Shown here: positions 36,626 through 47,026 of the stretch, piece after piece
Layout of the letters: the number at the start of each line of letters is the position of its first letter
Position numbering within the stretch: position 1 is the stretch's first letter
From: an uncultured Bacilli bacterium
GTDB lineage: Bacteria; Bacillota_I; Bacilli_A; RF39; UBA660
Direction: 5' to 3'
DNA: 64,000 nt
Assembly: GCA_934096275.1 (NCBI GenBank)
Contig: CAKOLK010000002.1
Location: 43,784 to 107,783, forward strand
Notes under the pieces: model-generated
The model's database searches: none
Told to the model about the DNA's origin: nothing
What the model saw: the letters and a program-made list of their open reading frames with translations, nothing else
Program-made: the position numbers and the translations under genes

Positions 36626-37347
36626 TGAAGGTTAGAGTAATTGGAAGTGGTTCTCGTGGTAATGCTACTATTGTTGAGACTGCTTCTTGTAATATTTTAA
36701 TAGATGCAGGACTAACGTATAAAAATATTTCTGAAAGATTAGGTGGAGATGTTCCTAATATCGATATTGTTGTTATTACTCATACTCATAAAGATCATAT
36801 CGGAGGGCTTAAGTCTGTTTTGAAGAAGGATCCTATTGTTTATACTATGTCTGATCTTGGAAATTTGGTGTCTTATGATAAAATTAATAATGAGAGACAG
36901 TTTAGTATTGGAGATACTTCTTTGAAATTGTTTGATTTGTCTCATGATAGTTATTGCTGTGGAATGATTATTAGTGATGGTGATAAACAGCTTGTTTATA
37001 TTACTGATACTGGTTATATTAATAAGAATGTTTTAGAGGAAATTGGTAATAAGGATATATATATTATGGAAAGTAATCATGATGTTGATATGTTAAGGCA
37101 TAGTTCTAAACCATTTTATTTACAAATGAGAATACTTAGTGATGAAGGACATTTATCTAATGAACAAGCTCTTACTTATTTGAAAGGTCTTGTTGGTTCT
37201 AGAACTAAGTGTGTTATACTTGCTCATTTGTCTTTGGAAAATAATGATAGTAAGCTTGTATATGATATTATGCGTAATGGTTTGAATGATGAGATAGAAG
37301 TACTTGTTGCTAAACAGTTTGAAGCATTGGAAGAGGTAGTTATCTAA
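36625..37347 (+). CDS. MBL-fold metallo-hydrolase (YycJ/WalJ-like)
   Basis: HTHKDH motif. MKVRVIGSGSRGNAT is typical of YycJ. Confidence 0.8.
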   Translation: MKVRVIGSGSRGNATIVETASCNILIDAGLTYKNISERLGGDVPNIDIVVITHTHKDHIGGLKSVLKKDPIVYTMSDLGNLVSYDKINNERQFSIGDTSLKLFDLSHDSYCCGMIISDGDKQLVYITDTGYINKNVLEEIGNKDIYIMESNHDVDMLRHSSKPFYLQMRILSDEGHLSNEQALTYLKGLVGSRTKCVILAHLSLENNDSKLVYDIMRNGLNDEIEVLVAKQFEALEEVVI

Positions 37348-37802
37348 TGATAAAGATTATTTGTATTGGAAAGTTGAAGGAAAAGTATTTTAAGGATGCT
37401 GTTTCTGAGTATCTTAAAAGGCTTAGTAAGTATACTAAGATTTCTTTGATTGAAATTAATGATTTTAGTGATGTTAATGTTAAGAGTTGTTTAGCTAAGG
37501 AGAAGGAAGCTATATTAAAAAATGTTAAGGATAAAGATAATGTTGTTTTACTTGATGTTAATGGTATTGAGTATTCAAGTACTTTATTTTCTAATTTTAT
37601 TAATGATGAGCTTTCTTATAATAGTAATATTACTTTTATAATTGGATCTTCAAATGGGTTTGATGATGAAATATATAGTTTATTTAAGAAAAGAGTTTCT
37701 TTTTCTAAGATGACTTTTCCTCATCAGTTGTTTAGAATTTTATTACTTGAGCAGATTTATCGTAGTTTTAAGATAATTAATAATGAAAAGTATCATAAGT
37801 AG
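37347..37802 (+). CDS. rlmH: 23S rRNA (pseudouridine1915-N3)-methyltransferase
   Basis: SPOUT family, MIKIICIGKLKEKY...IIGSSNG...SFSKMTFPHQL. Confidence 0.9.
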   Translation: MIKIICIGKLKEKYFKDAVSEYLKRLSKYTKISLIEINDFSDVNVKSCLAKEKEAILKNVKDKDNVVLLDVNGIEYSSTLFSNFINDELSYNSNITFIIGSSNGFDDEIYSLFKKRVSFSKMTFPHQLFRILLLEQIYRSFKIINNEKYHK

Positions 37803-37843
37803 GTTAATTTCTACTTTTTTTCATATAATTAAATGGTGATATT

Positions 37844-39118
37844 GTGGAAATTGTTAATAAACTTATTTGGGCTGTTGCAGTTTCTTTTCTTTTTTTATCT
37901 AGTATTTATTTTACGTTTAAACTTAAGTTTGTTCAGCTTAAATTATTTAAAGTGTTGTCTTGTCTTAAAACAGAGAAGAGTCATAATGATATTAGTGCAA
38001 AGGATAGTTTAATTATGTCTTTGTCTTCGAAAATAGGAGTTGGTTCTTTAGCGGGTATTGCTTTTGCTATTTATTATGGAGGGTTAGGATCAGTTTTTTG
38101 GATATGGATCATTACATTTTTAACTTCTATTAATTGTTTTGTGGAGAACATTTTGTCAACTATATATAAAAAAGTTGACAATAATGGGTGTCAAGGAGGA
38201 CCTTTTTATTATATTAAATATGGTCTTAAAAAGAAGACGCTTGCCTTTTTATATGCTATTTTGTCTATTGTTTCTTATTCGACTGGGTTTTTAGCGATAC
38301 AAAACAATACTATGGTTTCTTTGATTGGAGATATGTATAATATAAATATTGTAGTAGTTTCTTTTATTATAACAATATTGTCTTGTTTTGTTTTTTTAAA
38401 GGGAATTAAGACTGTTTCTAATCTTTGTAATAAGATTTTTCCAATTATGATGTTTATGTATTTATTTATTGGTTTGATAGTGTTTGTGAAAAATATTTCT
38501 TTTATTCCGGAGTTGTTTTTAAATATTTTTTATAGTGCGTTTGATGTTAAATCAATATCCGGTGGTTTTTTATATGTGATGCTTATTGGTATCCAAAAGG
38601 GTATTTTTCAGACTGAGGCTGGTGTTGGTACTAGTGCGATGATAAGTGGAACTAGTAGTAATACTGATTTTATTAAACAAGGAAATACTGGTATTGTTTC
38701 TACTTATTTTATAGGTTTTATAGTTTCTTTTGTTACGACTTTAATTATTGCCACTAGCGACTATGGAGTGTTTTCTTCGATGAATGGAATTGAACTTACT
38801 AAGTATGCTTTTAATTATCATTTTGGTTATATTGGAGATGTTTTATTGCTTATTATTTTAGTTTTATTTGCCTTTTCTACGATTATAACTGTATATTATT
38901 ATGCTCTTAGTAATTTAAAAGGACTTACTAACAAAAAATTGTTAATAAATATTCTTAAGATTGTTACAGTTTTGTCTTTGTTTGTAGGAGGCATTGTTTC
39001 ATCTTATATTGTTTGGAGAACTATTGATATTTTTGTGGGATTGCTTACTATTATAAATACTTATTCTATATTTATGCTTAGGGATGTTGTGGTTAAGAAG
39101 GTTAGGTCTAGTAATTAG
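37844..39118 (+). CDS. Alanine/glycine:cation symporter (AGCS) family transporter
   Basis: About 10-11 TM helices. GGPFYYI and FQTEAGVGTSA motifs. Appears N-terminally short relative to typical members. Confidence 0.8.
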   Translation: MEIVNKLIWAVAVSFLFLSSIYFTFKLKFVQLKLFKVLSCLKTEKSHNDISAKDSLIMSLSSKIGVGSLAGIAFAIYYGGLGSVFWIWIITFLTSINCFVENILSTIYKKVDNNGCQGGPFYYIKYGLKKKTLAFLYAILSIVSYSTGFLAIQNNTMVSLIGDMYNINIVVVSFIITILSCFVFLKGIKTVSNLCNKIFPIMMFMYLFIGLIVFVKNISFIPELFLNIFYSAFDVKSISGGFLYVMLIGIQKGIFQTEAGVGTSAMISGTSSNTDFIKQGNTGIVSTYFIGFIVSFVTTLIIATSDYGVFSSMNGIELTKYAFNYHFGYIGDVLLLIILVLFAFSTIITVYYYALSNLKGLTNKKLLINILKIVTVLSLFVGGIVSSYIVWRTIDIFVGLLTIINTYSIFMLRDVVVKKVRSSN

Positions 39119-39155
39119 TTGTTTTTTGTTGTAAAATATTTTTGGAGGTAGTATT

Positions 39156-39818
39156 ATGCTTAATAAAAAGTGGGATGTTGTTCTTTGTGATGAGTTTTCT
39201 AAACCGTATTTTAAAAAGTTAGTTAGTGATATACGCAATGAATATAGAATACATACTGTTTATCCAAAAGCTGATGATGTTTTTAATGCTTTTAAATATA
39301 CTGATTATGATCAAGTAAAGGTTGTTATTTTAGGGCAAGATCCTTATCATGGAGAGGGTGAGGCTATGGGACTTTCTTTTTCTGTTAATGATGGAATTAG
39401 AAAGCCACCTTCACTTTTAAATATTTATAAGGAATTGCATGATGATTTAGGTTATGAAGTTGCAGAGAGTGGTAATTTGTCTAAATGGGCGAAGCAAGGT
39501 GTTTTTCTTTTAAATAGTATCCTTACTGTTGAAAAGGATAGTCCTTTGTCTCATAAAAAGTATAATTGGGAATTATTTACTGATGCAGTTATACAAAAGA
39601 TTAATGAACGTGATGTACCTGTTGTGTTTATTTTATGGGGTAGTTATGCAAGAAGTAAGAAGAAGTTTATTACTAATCCTAATCATTTGATACTTGAATC
39701 TGTACATCCTTCGCCATTTTCTTGTTATAATGGTTTTTTTGGAAGTAGACCGTTTTCTAAAGCTAATGAGTTTTTGATATCAAAAAAAATTAGTCCAATA
39801 GATTTTTCTATAGACTAA
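39156..39818 (+). CDS. ung: Uracil-DNA glycosylase
   Basis: VVILGQDPYH, LLLN-type and HPSP motifs. Confidence 0.95.
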   Translation: MLNKKWDVVLCDEFSKPYFKKLVSDIRNEYRIHTVYPKADDVFNAFKYTDYDQVKVVILGQDPYHGEGEAMGLSFSVNDGIRKPPSLLNIYKELHDDLGYEVAESGNLSKWAKQGVFLLNSILTVEKDSPLSHKKYNWELFTDAVIQKINERDVPVVFILWGSYARSKKKFITNPNHLILESVHPSPFSCYNGFFGSRPFSKANEFLISKKISPIDFSID

Positions 39819-40315
39819 TTTTTTAATATTTCATAATCATCTATTTTTCTAAGTTTAAATGATTTGTATTGAGTGAATTTTAGTATTTTATATATTAAGT
39901 TCATAGGTTTTTTTAAGAATATTTCATTGTAATTTATTACGTTTGCGTTATAGTAATCTTTTAATCCTTCGATGTCATCATCAATTTCATTTAGTTTTAT
40001 TATTTCTTTTTTAAATTTTTTATTTTTTTTAGGATTTTCTAACAAGTATTTGTTAATATCCCATCTTATGTTAAATAGGTTGTCCTCTTTTTCATGAATT
40101 GTTTCTTCTTCATTATATGTGAATTTGTTTAATTCTTCATCATTTATATCTTTTATTACTTCTTTTATTATTTCATTTTTTTCTTTTAAATGGTTTTCTA
40201 AGTTGTCTTCGCAAGTTATTATTGCATTTTCAAGGTCTTCTAATTTTTTATATTTTATAAATACTATTGCTAGTAGTGCTAGTATAATTGTTATTATAAT
40301 AATTATATATATCAT
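39815..40315 (-). CDS. LemA-family membrane protein (divergent)
   Basis: N-terminal TM and a helical body with YYNANVINYNEIF..KP, resembling the LemA YN..V..YN motif. Confidence 0.5.
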   Translation of the reverse strand: MIYIIIIITIILALLAIVFIKYKKLEDLENAIITCEDNLENHLKEKNEIIKEVIKDINDEELNKFTYNEEETIHEKEDNLFNIRWDINKYLLENPKKNKKFKKEIIKLNEIDDDIEGLKDYYNANVINYNEIFLKKPMNLIYKILKFTQYKSFKLRKIDDYEILKN

Positions 40316-40413
40316 TTTATCACCAATCCTATAAAAAGATTATATCATATTTTTTAGTATTATTTACATTAATTTTAAAAAGAAACTTTATTTGTAGTTT
40401 CTTTTGTTTTTAA

Positions 40414-40743
40414 TTAGATTACTTTGTAGTTTATTTCTTCATCAAATACAATGAAGTCAACGTATATTGATAGAAGTAAATACCATTTGCCAGTTTTTGG
40501 ATCACTTATTACAACATGATCTCTTGCTGCTTGTTCTACGACTCCGGTGAATATTCTATCTCTATATTCGTTTGAATCTGGAAAAGTCATATAGATACTT
40601 GCAACTTTTCCTTTGTTTAATCTTAAGATGTTTTCTACATATGATTGTTCCATTGGAAGATCTTCGCTTATTCCTGTTGGAATTGTGTTTAGATTTTGAT
40701 TTGGGTTGGTATTAAAACCAGGATTATAATAACTATTATTCAT
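40414..40743 (-). CDS. gerQ: Spore coat protein GerQ
   Basis: QSYVENILRLNKGKVASIYMTF......IFTGVVEQAARDHVVISDP.TGKWYLL...YVDFIVFDEEI matches GerQ (YwdL) closely. Confidence 0.85.
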   Translation of the reverse strand: MNNSYYNPGFNTNPNQNLNTIPTGISEDLPMEQSYVENILRLNKGKVASIYMTFPDSNEYRDRIFTGVVEQAARDHVVISDPKTGKWYLLLSIYVDFIVFDEEINYKVI

Positions 40744-40829
40744 TTTATCACCACTTAATTGTATGTTTTATTTTTTTATATAGTACTTTATTTTTATTTA
40801 TGATACAATTAATCTATGGAGATGATATT

Positions 40830-41396
40830 TTGAAAGTTAAAGTAGGTGTTTCGAATAGACATGTTCATTTGTCAAGGTTTGATTATGATTTGTTATTTGA
40901 TACAGAAATGGAATGTGAAAGAGAACTTTCTCAAGTTGGTGAGTATAAGTCTAATAAAAGGGTTTGTTTAAAGACTGATAAAGGTGTAATTTGTGACGTT
41001 GCTGTTCTTGGACCTTGTAGAGATTATACTCAAGTTGAAATTAGTAAAACTGATGCTTACTTTTTTGGGATTTCTCCGGAGGTAAGAAGTTCTGGTGATG
41101 TTTCTTGTGGTGAATATATTACAATAGTGGGAGAAAAAGGTGAAATAATTCGTGATTGTTGTATTATTGCCACACGTCATATTCATATTTCTCATGAAGA
41201 CAGAGTTAAGTATGGTTTGCATGATGATTTATATAGTGTTAAGGTTGATGGGGTAAAACCAGGTATACTAGGTGATGTTCATATTAAGGAACTTGATAAT
41301 GGATATTTTGAACTTCATTTGGATAGGGATGATGCTAATGCATTTATGCTTAAGAATGGAGATCTTGTTGAAATAATTGATAATATAAAAAAATAA
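40830..41396 (+). CDS. pduL: Phosphate propanoyltransferase PduL-type phosphotransacylase
   Basis: Duplicated VGVSNRHVHLS / ATRHIHISHED motifs. TTG 40830 follows GGAG. The track start at 40800 has no SD. Confidence 0.8.
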   Translation: MKVKVGVSNRHVHLSRFDYDLLFDTEMECERELSQVGEYKSNKRVCLKTDKGVICDVAVLGPCRDYTQVEISKTDAYFFGISPEVRSSGDVSCGEYITIVGEKGEIIRDCCIIATRHIHISHEDRVKYGLHDDLYSVKVDGVKPGILGDVHIKELDNGYFELHLDRDDANAFMLKNGDLVEIIDNIKK

Positions 41397-41405
41397 TCGC
41401 TTGGA

Positions 41406-41597
41406 TTATTTTTTTCTTTTTTGTCTATAGATTTCAAGGCGATCTAGGGTTTGTTCAGTTGGATTTTCCCATTCTTCGCAAGTTATGTTTGCATCATATA
41501 GTTCGCTTTCGTTTAATAGTCCTAAATCGTTCATTAAATAATATAGGTATTCTTGATTGATATCAATCGCGTTTTTCTTCATTTTCATTCTTATCAT
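41406..41597 (-). CDS. Small acidic hypothetical protein, start embedded in the ponA 3' end
   Basis: AAAGGAG plus 6 nt precedes ATG 41597. The coding sequence overlaps the last ~35 nt of ponA in another frame. Confidence 0.4.
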   Translation of the reverse strand: MIRMKMKKNAIDINQEYLYYLMNDLGLLNESELYDANITCEEWENPTEQTLDRLEIYRQKRKK

Positions 41598-43518
41598 TGG
41601 TTTCTCCTTTTGGTTCTGTACCATTTATATAGTACAATATTTTTTTGTGTTTACTGTTTTGATCTGCGGGTTCTCCAGTTATGGGGTCTACTAGTACTCC
41701 GATTACTGTTTTTGGTATTTTATACCATGTGCTTTCTTTGTCTTTTAAGTATGTTTCCATGGCATATGACCATGATTTTTTATTATCTGCTACTATTTTG
41801 TTTGATATGTTTTTGTTGTCATCATATCCTGTCCAAGATACCAGTACGTAGTCTTTTGTGTAACCTATTATCCATGAGTCTGTATCAGTGCTTCCACTTT
41901 TTAAGGCATATTTTTTTGTTAGGTCTGGTATCATACTATAACAAGTTGGATAAGTGTAGTCTACTAATTCTTTGTCGTATGATCCTGTTAATAGTTCGCT
42001 TATTATGAATGTAATCGCAGGGTCTAAAATTTGTTCTTCTTTGTACTTTTTTTCATATAAAACATTGCCATTTATGTCTTCGATTTTTTCTATGAAGTGT
42101 GGTGTTATTTTTTTGCCTTCATTAGCAAGTGTTGAATATGCTGTTGCTAGACTTAATGGACTGGTTTCAAATGTTCCTAGTGGAATTGATGGTAATTCTT
42201 TTATTTGTTCTTCTATTCCTACTTTTTTAAGTGTTTCTACTAATTCGTCTTGTCCTAGGAAAAGGTGTGTTTTTACTGCGAATATGTTGTCAGAATATGC
42301 TAGCGCCGCTGCTAGAGTTATTTCTTTTCCTGCATATATATTACCATAGTTTTTTGGAGAATAAGTTTTGTTATTGTCGAAGTTGAATGTTGTTTCATTA
42401 CTTAAGAATTTTGTTGTTGAAGTAAATCCTTTTTCTATTGCTCTATAGTATAAGAATGGTTTTACTGTTGAACCTGGTTGTCTTTTTGCTTGTGTTGCAC
42501 GATTGTATTGTGAGTATCCATAGTCTATTCCTCCGATTAATCCTAGTACTCCGCCGGTTTTTGAGTCCATCATGACTTTTGCTGTTTGAGAGTTTTTTTC
42601 GGTTATTTTTGTATTTGATTCTTCGAGTGCTTTTTGAGCATTTATATCGAGTGATGTGTATATTTTTATTCCTTTTGTTTCTAAATAGCTTTTTGGTATT
42701 TCTTTTAGGTTATATAGTTCTTCCATGGTTGCATCGTAGTAATATAGTAGGGAGGTTAGATTGTCTTTATTGTTGTTTTTTGCTATTTCTATTTTTTCAT
42801 TTTTGGCTCTTTGATATTCTTCTTTTGATATGTATTTATTTTTATACATTCTTTCTAATACTAGTTCTTGTCTTTTTTTTGATTTTTTAAAGTTGTCTTT
42901 TGGTGAGTAGTTTGCTGGTGAGTTTGGTATTCCTGCAAGCATTGCTGCTTGTGCTAATGTTAAGTCTTTTACATCTTTATCAAAGTAGTATTTGCTAGCA
43001 TTTGCTATTCCATACATTCCGTGGCCGTAGTTGATTGTGTTTAGGTAGCCTTCTAGTATTTCATCTTTTGTGTAATGGGTTTCTAGTTCGAATGTTATCC
43101 ACATTTCTTTCCATTTTCTTTTCCAACTTTTTGAGAAGTCTAGAAATAGATTTTTTGCATATTGTTGTGTTATAGTGGATGCTCCTTGAACTATTTGTTT
43201 TTGTTTTATGTTTTCTAACATGGCTTTTGTTATTCTTAGATAGTCAAATCCTTTATGTTTATAAAAGTTTTTATCTTCGACTGATATGGTTGCTTCTTTT
43301 ATATATGTTCCCATTTCATTTAAGTTTATCCATTCTTCATTGCCATTTCCTTGGAATACTAGTTGTTGTTTATTATCATATAGGTAGAATTTGTTTGCGC
43401 TTTTTATATCTAGTTTTGGTGTTATAATGGCATATATGTATCCAAATATGTTACATATTACGAAGAATAGAATAATATATATAAATATTTTTAATGTTAT
43501 TTTTGTTATTTTTTTCAT
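41563..43518 (-). CDS. ponA: Bifunctional class A penicillin-binding protein (glycosyltransferase + transpeptidase)
   Basis: GT51 motifs (EDKNFYKHKGFD, GASTITQQ), and transpeptidase motifs SxxK (PGSTVKP), SDN (YSDN) and KSG (LKSGST). Confidence 0.93.
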   Translation of the reverse strand: MKKITKITLKIFIYIILFFVICNIFGYIYAIITPKLDIKSANKFYLYDNKQQLVFQGNGNEEWINLNEMGTYIKEATISVEDKNFYKHKGFDYLRITKAMLENIKQKQIVQGASTITQQYAKNLFLDFSKSWKRKWKEMWITFELETHYTKDEILEGYLNTINYGHGMYGIANASKYYFDKDVKDLTLAQAAMLAGIPNSPANYSPKDNFKKSKKRQELVLERMYKNKYISKEEYQRAKNEKIEIAKNNNKDNLTSLLYYYDATMEELYNLKEIPKSYLETKGIKIYTSLDINAQKALEESNTKITEKNSQTAKVMMDSKTGGVLGLIGGIDYGYSQYNRATQAKRQPGSTVKPFLYYRAIEKGFTSTTKFLSNETTFNFDNNKTYSPKNYGNIYAGKEITLAAALAYSDNIFAVKTHLFLGQDELVETLKKVGIEEQIKELPSIPLGTFETSPLSLATAYSTLANEGKKITPHFIEKIEDINGNVLYEKKYKEEQILDPAITFIISELLTGSYDKELVDYTYPTCYSMIPDLTKKYALKSGSTDTDSWIIGYTKDYVLVSWTGYDDNKNISNKIVADNKKSWSYAMETYLKDKESTWYKIPKTVIGVLVDPITGEPADQNSKHKKILYYINGTEPKGETNDKNENEEKRD

Positions 43519-43616
43519 TTTTTCACCTATTTTCTCTTTAATAGTTTGAAAAAATCTATGAAAAATATGTACTTTTTAATAAATTAATATTATAATCTTA
43601 TCGAAAAGAGGTTTTT

Positions 43617-43967
43617 ATGGATAAAATTAATGTATATATATGTGTAAATGATTATAAAATAAGTACTGTTGGTACAATTTCTGATGGTGTTATTAGTTGT
43701 TTTAAGGATTCTTTGAAGATTGATTATGATATTAACAAGAAATTGTTAATAAAAGAAGATTCTTGTTATGTTATAACTATTGATTTTGAAAAGTGTGAGA
43801 TGAATGTTAGTTTAAAAGAGTTTGATGGATGTTTTATTAACAATATAGTGTTGAAAAGTTATTCTTGTTTTGATAATAGAATAGAAATTGAGTATTTGAT
43901 TGATGAAAAATTGTATAATTTATTAATTATGTATAAAACTTGTAAAAAATGCTTGCAAAATAATTAA
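43617..43967 (+). CDS. Hypothetical protein (116 aa)
   Basis: Has an ORF with an SD (aaagaggttttt ATG). I recognise no confident family. Confidence 0.4.
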   Translation: MDKINVYICVNDYKISTVGTISDGVISCFKDSLKIDYDINKKLLIKEDSCYVITIDFEKCEMNVSLKEFDGCFINNIVLKSYSCFDNRIEIEYLIDEKLYNLLIMYKTCKKCLQNN

Positions 43968-44052
43968 TTTTAATGTATAAATATGTAGTGGATGCACATG
44001 AGTGTTAAATACATATAATATTTTGAATAATAATTTGAAAGGATGTATCGAT

Positions 44053-44490
44053 ATGAAAGTGAATAAACTAAGTAAAGAAGAATTAGAGGTTATGTCTTAT
44101 AATGATATTGCTGATTTGTTACTTAATGAAGAGAGTAATTTAAATACTGCGGTTTTATTTAAGAAAATAGTTGATTTATTAGAGTTGTCTTCTTCGACTT
44201 ATGAAAGTAAAATTGGAGATTTTTATACTTCAATGTCTAATGATAAAAGGTTTATTTTATTAGAGGATGGTACTTGGGATCTTAGAAAGAATCATAAGTC
44301 TAATGTTGTTTTGGATGATGATTTAGATGATTATGATGATGAAGAATCTGATGATTTATATGATGATTATGAGTCTTATGAAGAAGATGATGTATTTGAT
44401 GAGGAACCAGATGATGATATATCTGATATTACTGAAGATTATAAGAATCTTGTAATTGTTGATGAAGAAGATTTGGATAATGAACAATAA
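44053..44490 (+). CDS. rpoE: DNA-directed RNA polymerase delta subunit
   Basis: HARE-HTH N-domain (SYNDIADLLL) followed by a long D/E-rich tail. Start is ATG 44053. Confidence 0.88.
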   Translation: MKVNKLSKEELEVMSYNDIADLLLNEESNLNTAVLFKKIVDLLELSSSTYESKIGDFYTSMSNDKRFILLEDGTWDLRKNHKSNVVLDDDLDDYDDEESDDLYDDYESYEEDDVFDEEPDDDISDITEDYKNLVIVDEEDLDNEQ

Positions 44491-44504
44491 TTAGTGGTGA
44501 TATA

Positions 44505-45566
44505 ATGATAGATAGATTGGAAAATATATTAAAAAAGTATGAGGAACTTGATTTAGAGCTTGTTAAGCCTGAGGTTATATCTGATATTAATATGCTTACT
44601 AAGTTATCTAAGGAACATAGTTCTTTAGAGGAAGTTGTTACTGTATATCGTAGATATAAGGATGTTCTTACTGGTATTAGTGATGATGAAGAATTGCTTA
44701 AAGATAGTGAGCTTAAAGAAATGGCAAAAGAAGAACTTGAAGGTTTATATAAAGAAAAGGAAGAACTTGAAGGTAAGCTTGAGATACTTCTTTTACCAAA
44801 GGATGAAAATGATAGTAAGAATGTTATAATGGAAATACGTGGTGCTGCTGGTGGAGATGAAGCAAATATTTTTGCAGGTGATCTTTTCCGTATGTATCAA
44901 AAGTATGCTGATTCACTTGGTTATAAAATAGAAGTTTTAAATGCTGAAGATGGTACGAATGGGGGATTTTCTCAAATTGAATTTATGATTAAGGGTGAAG
45001 GTGCTTATTCAAAGCTTAAGTATGAAAGTGGCGCTCATAGAGTGCAAAGAATTCCTGTTACTGAGTCTCAAGGAAGGGTTCATACTAGTATTGCTACTGT
45101 GGTGGTTATGCCTGAGCAAGAAGATTTAGAAATAGAGGTTAAAGAGTCTGATATAAAGGTTGATGTATATCGAAGTGGTGGTGCTGGAGGACAAAGTGTT
45201 AATACTACTGATAGTGCTGTTAGAATGACTCATTTGCCTACTGGTATTGTTGTTACTTGTCAAAATGAAAGAAGTCAATTACAAAATAAAGAGAAAGCTT
45301 TACAAATATTAAAAGCTAAGATTTATGAAGAAACAATTAGGAAACAAGAAGAAGAACAAGGTAATGCTAGAAGAAGTAAAATAGGAACTGGTGACAGGTC
45401 CGAGAAAATTAGGACTTATAATTATCCTCAAAATAGGGTTACTGATCATAGAATAGGACTTACTCTTAATAAGCTTGATAGGATTATGGAAGGGGACCTT
45501 GGTGATGTTGTTGAGGCTTTAATAAATGAGGATCAAAAGAGGAAGTTGGCTCAAAATGAAGATTAA
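44505..45566 (+). CDS. prfA: Peptide chain release factor 1
   Basis: The PxT-type tripeptide is PVT here (RIPVTES), and GGQ is present (SGGAGGQSVNTTDSAVR). Confidence 0.96.
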   Translation: MIDRLENILKKYEELDLELVKPEVISDINMLTKLSKEHSSLEEVVTVYRRYKDVLTGISDDEELLKDSELKEMAKEELEGLYKEKEELEGKLEILLLPKDENDSKNVIMEIRGAAGGDEANIFAGDLFRMYQKYADSLGYKIEVLNAEDGTNGGFSQIEFMIKGEGAYSKLKYESGAHRVQRIPVTESQGRVHTSIATVVVMPEQEDLEIEVKESDIKVDVYRSGGAGGQSVNTTDSAVRMTHLPTGIVVTCQNERSQLQNKEKALQILKAKIYEETIRKQEEEQGNARRSKIGTGDRSEKIRTYNYPQNRVTDHRIGLTLNKLDRIMEGDLGDVVEALINEDQKRKLAQNED

Positions 45567-46368
45567 TGATGTTTTAAGAAGACATGATGGAATTGATATA
45601 GAAAAGAAGAAACTTGCTTTAGGGCAAGTTTTGTCTTTATCTTTGATTGATGTTTCTTTGTCTTTAGATAAGGAGTTATCTTTTTATGATTATGTTAAAT
45701 ATTTATATGTTGTAAAAAGATTAGTTCGTGGTGTTCCTATTCAATATATCTCAGGTAAAGCTTATTTTTATAATAGGTGGTTTAATGTCAATAAGAATAC
45801 TTTGATTCCTAGGGTTGAGACTGAGTATTTAGTTAGTGATGTTAAAAATCTTATTGATGAGTATTTTTCATCGGATGTTAAAATACTTGATATTGGTACT
45901 GGTAGTGGTGTTATTGCAATTACTTTGTCTGAGTTTAGTGATAAGTATACAGTTTTTGCTACTGATATATCTCGTAAGGCTCTTAGGGTTGCTAAAAGTA
46001 ATGATAAGAAGTCTTTGGTTAGGTTTGTTCATACTGATTTATATTCTTCGATTGATGATAAGTTTGATGTTATTATAAGTAATCCTCCATATATTAGGAA
46101 TGATTCTTTATGTGTTTCAAAGAATGTTTTAAAATATGAGCCTCATCTTGCTTTGTTTGGTGGAGAAGATGGACTTTTGTTTTATCGTAGGATTTTTAGT
46201 GATATAAAAAGGATTGTTAATGATAAAAATATTATTTGTTTTGAGACTGGTGAAGATCAGAATGATTTAATTGAAGAGATGGCTCTTAGTTATTTTCCTA
46301 ATGCTAAAGTTATTAAAAAGAATGATTTAAATGGATTTAATAGGTATATTTTTATAATAAATGAATAA
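45556..46368 (+). CDS. prmC: Release-factor glutamine N5-methyltransferase
   Basis: DIGTGSG and NPPY motifs. Overlaps the prfA stop. Confidence 0.9.
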   Translation: MKINDVLRRHDGIDIEKKKLALGQVLSLSLIDVSLSLDKELSFYDYVKYLYVVKRLVRGVPIQYISGKAYFYNRWFNVNKNTLIPRVETEYLVSDVKNLIDEYFSSDVKILDIGTGSGVIAITLSEFSDKYTVFATDISRKALRVAKSNDKKSLVRFVHTDLYSSIDDKFDVIISNPPYIRNDSLCVSKNVLKYEPHLALFGGEDGLLFYRRIFSDIKRIVNDKNIICFETGEDQNDLIEEMALSYFPNAKVIKKNDLNGFNRYIFIINE

Positions 46369-46408
46369 ATCTTTTTAGTTTGTATCATTATGTTTATAGG
46401 TGATATGA

Positions 46409-46933
46409 ATGAAAAGGTTTTTTATTATATTTATTTTGTTTTTAATTCTTGTTATTTATATTGATAAATATGATTCTAATTATTATGTTATACCAGATGA
46501 TTCGATTAGAATTAGAATTATTGCAAATAGTGATAGTTTTGATGATCAATATATTAAGATTAAAGTGAAACAACTTATTGAACCTGTTATTGAGGAGGAC
46601 CTTAGAGATAGTTCTTCTTTAAAGGAGTCTCGTTTTATAATTAAAAATAATTTGGATAAGTATGATTCTATGATTTATTCTTATTTGGTTGATAATTCAT
46701 ATAACGATAAGTTTTCAATTAATTATGGTAGTAATTATTTTCCTGAAAAAGAATATAAGGGTGTAAAGTATGAAAGTGGAAATTATGAATCTCTTGTTAT
46801 AAAACTTGGAAGTGGAATGGGTGATAATTGGTGGTGTGTGATGTTTCCTCCGATTTGTTCGCTTGAGGTTGAAGAGAATTCTGATATAGAGTATAAGGTT
46901 TTTGTGAAAGAATTGTTTGATAAATATTTTTAA
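46409..46933 (+). CDS. spoIIR: Stage II sporulation protein R
   Basis: IRIRIIANSDS..DQ..K and WWCVMFPPIC motifs. Confidence 0.88.
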   Translation: MKRFFIIFILFLILVIYIDKYDSNYYVIPDDSIRIRIIANSDSFDDQYIKIKVKQLIEPVIEEDLRDSSSLKESRFIIKNNLDKYDSMIYSYLVDNSYNDKFSINYGSNYFPEKEYKGVKYESGNYESLVIKLGSGMGDNWWCVMFPPICSLEVEENSDIEYKVFVKELFDKYF

Positions 46934-47026
46934 TATTTAAGAAAAATTGCTTAAATATACGAAAAATAGGGCAAATGCTTTCTTTTTTTTTTTATTTGTT
47001 GTAAAATATTTGTTGGAGGGATTAAC

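Noticed and set aside
43617-43967. Assigning the 116-aa ORF upstream of rpoE to the DUF1934/YwiB family
   Set aside because: The assignment rests only on size and a vague positional memory. I could not verify any motif, so it is left as hypothetical.
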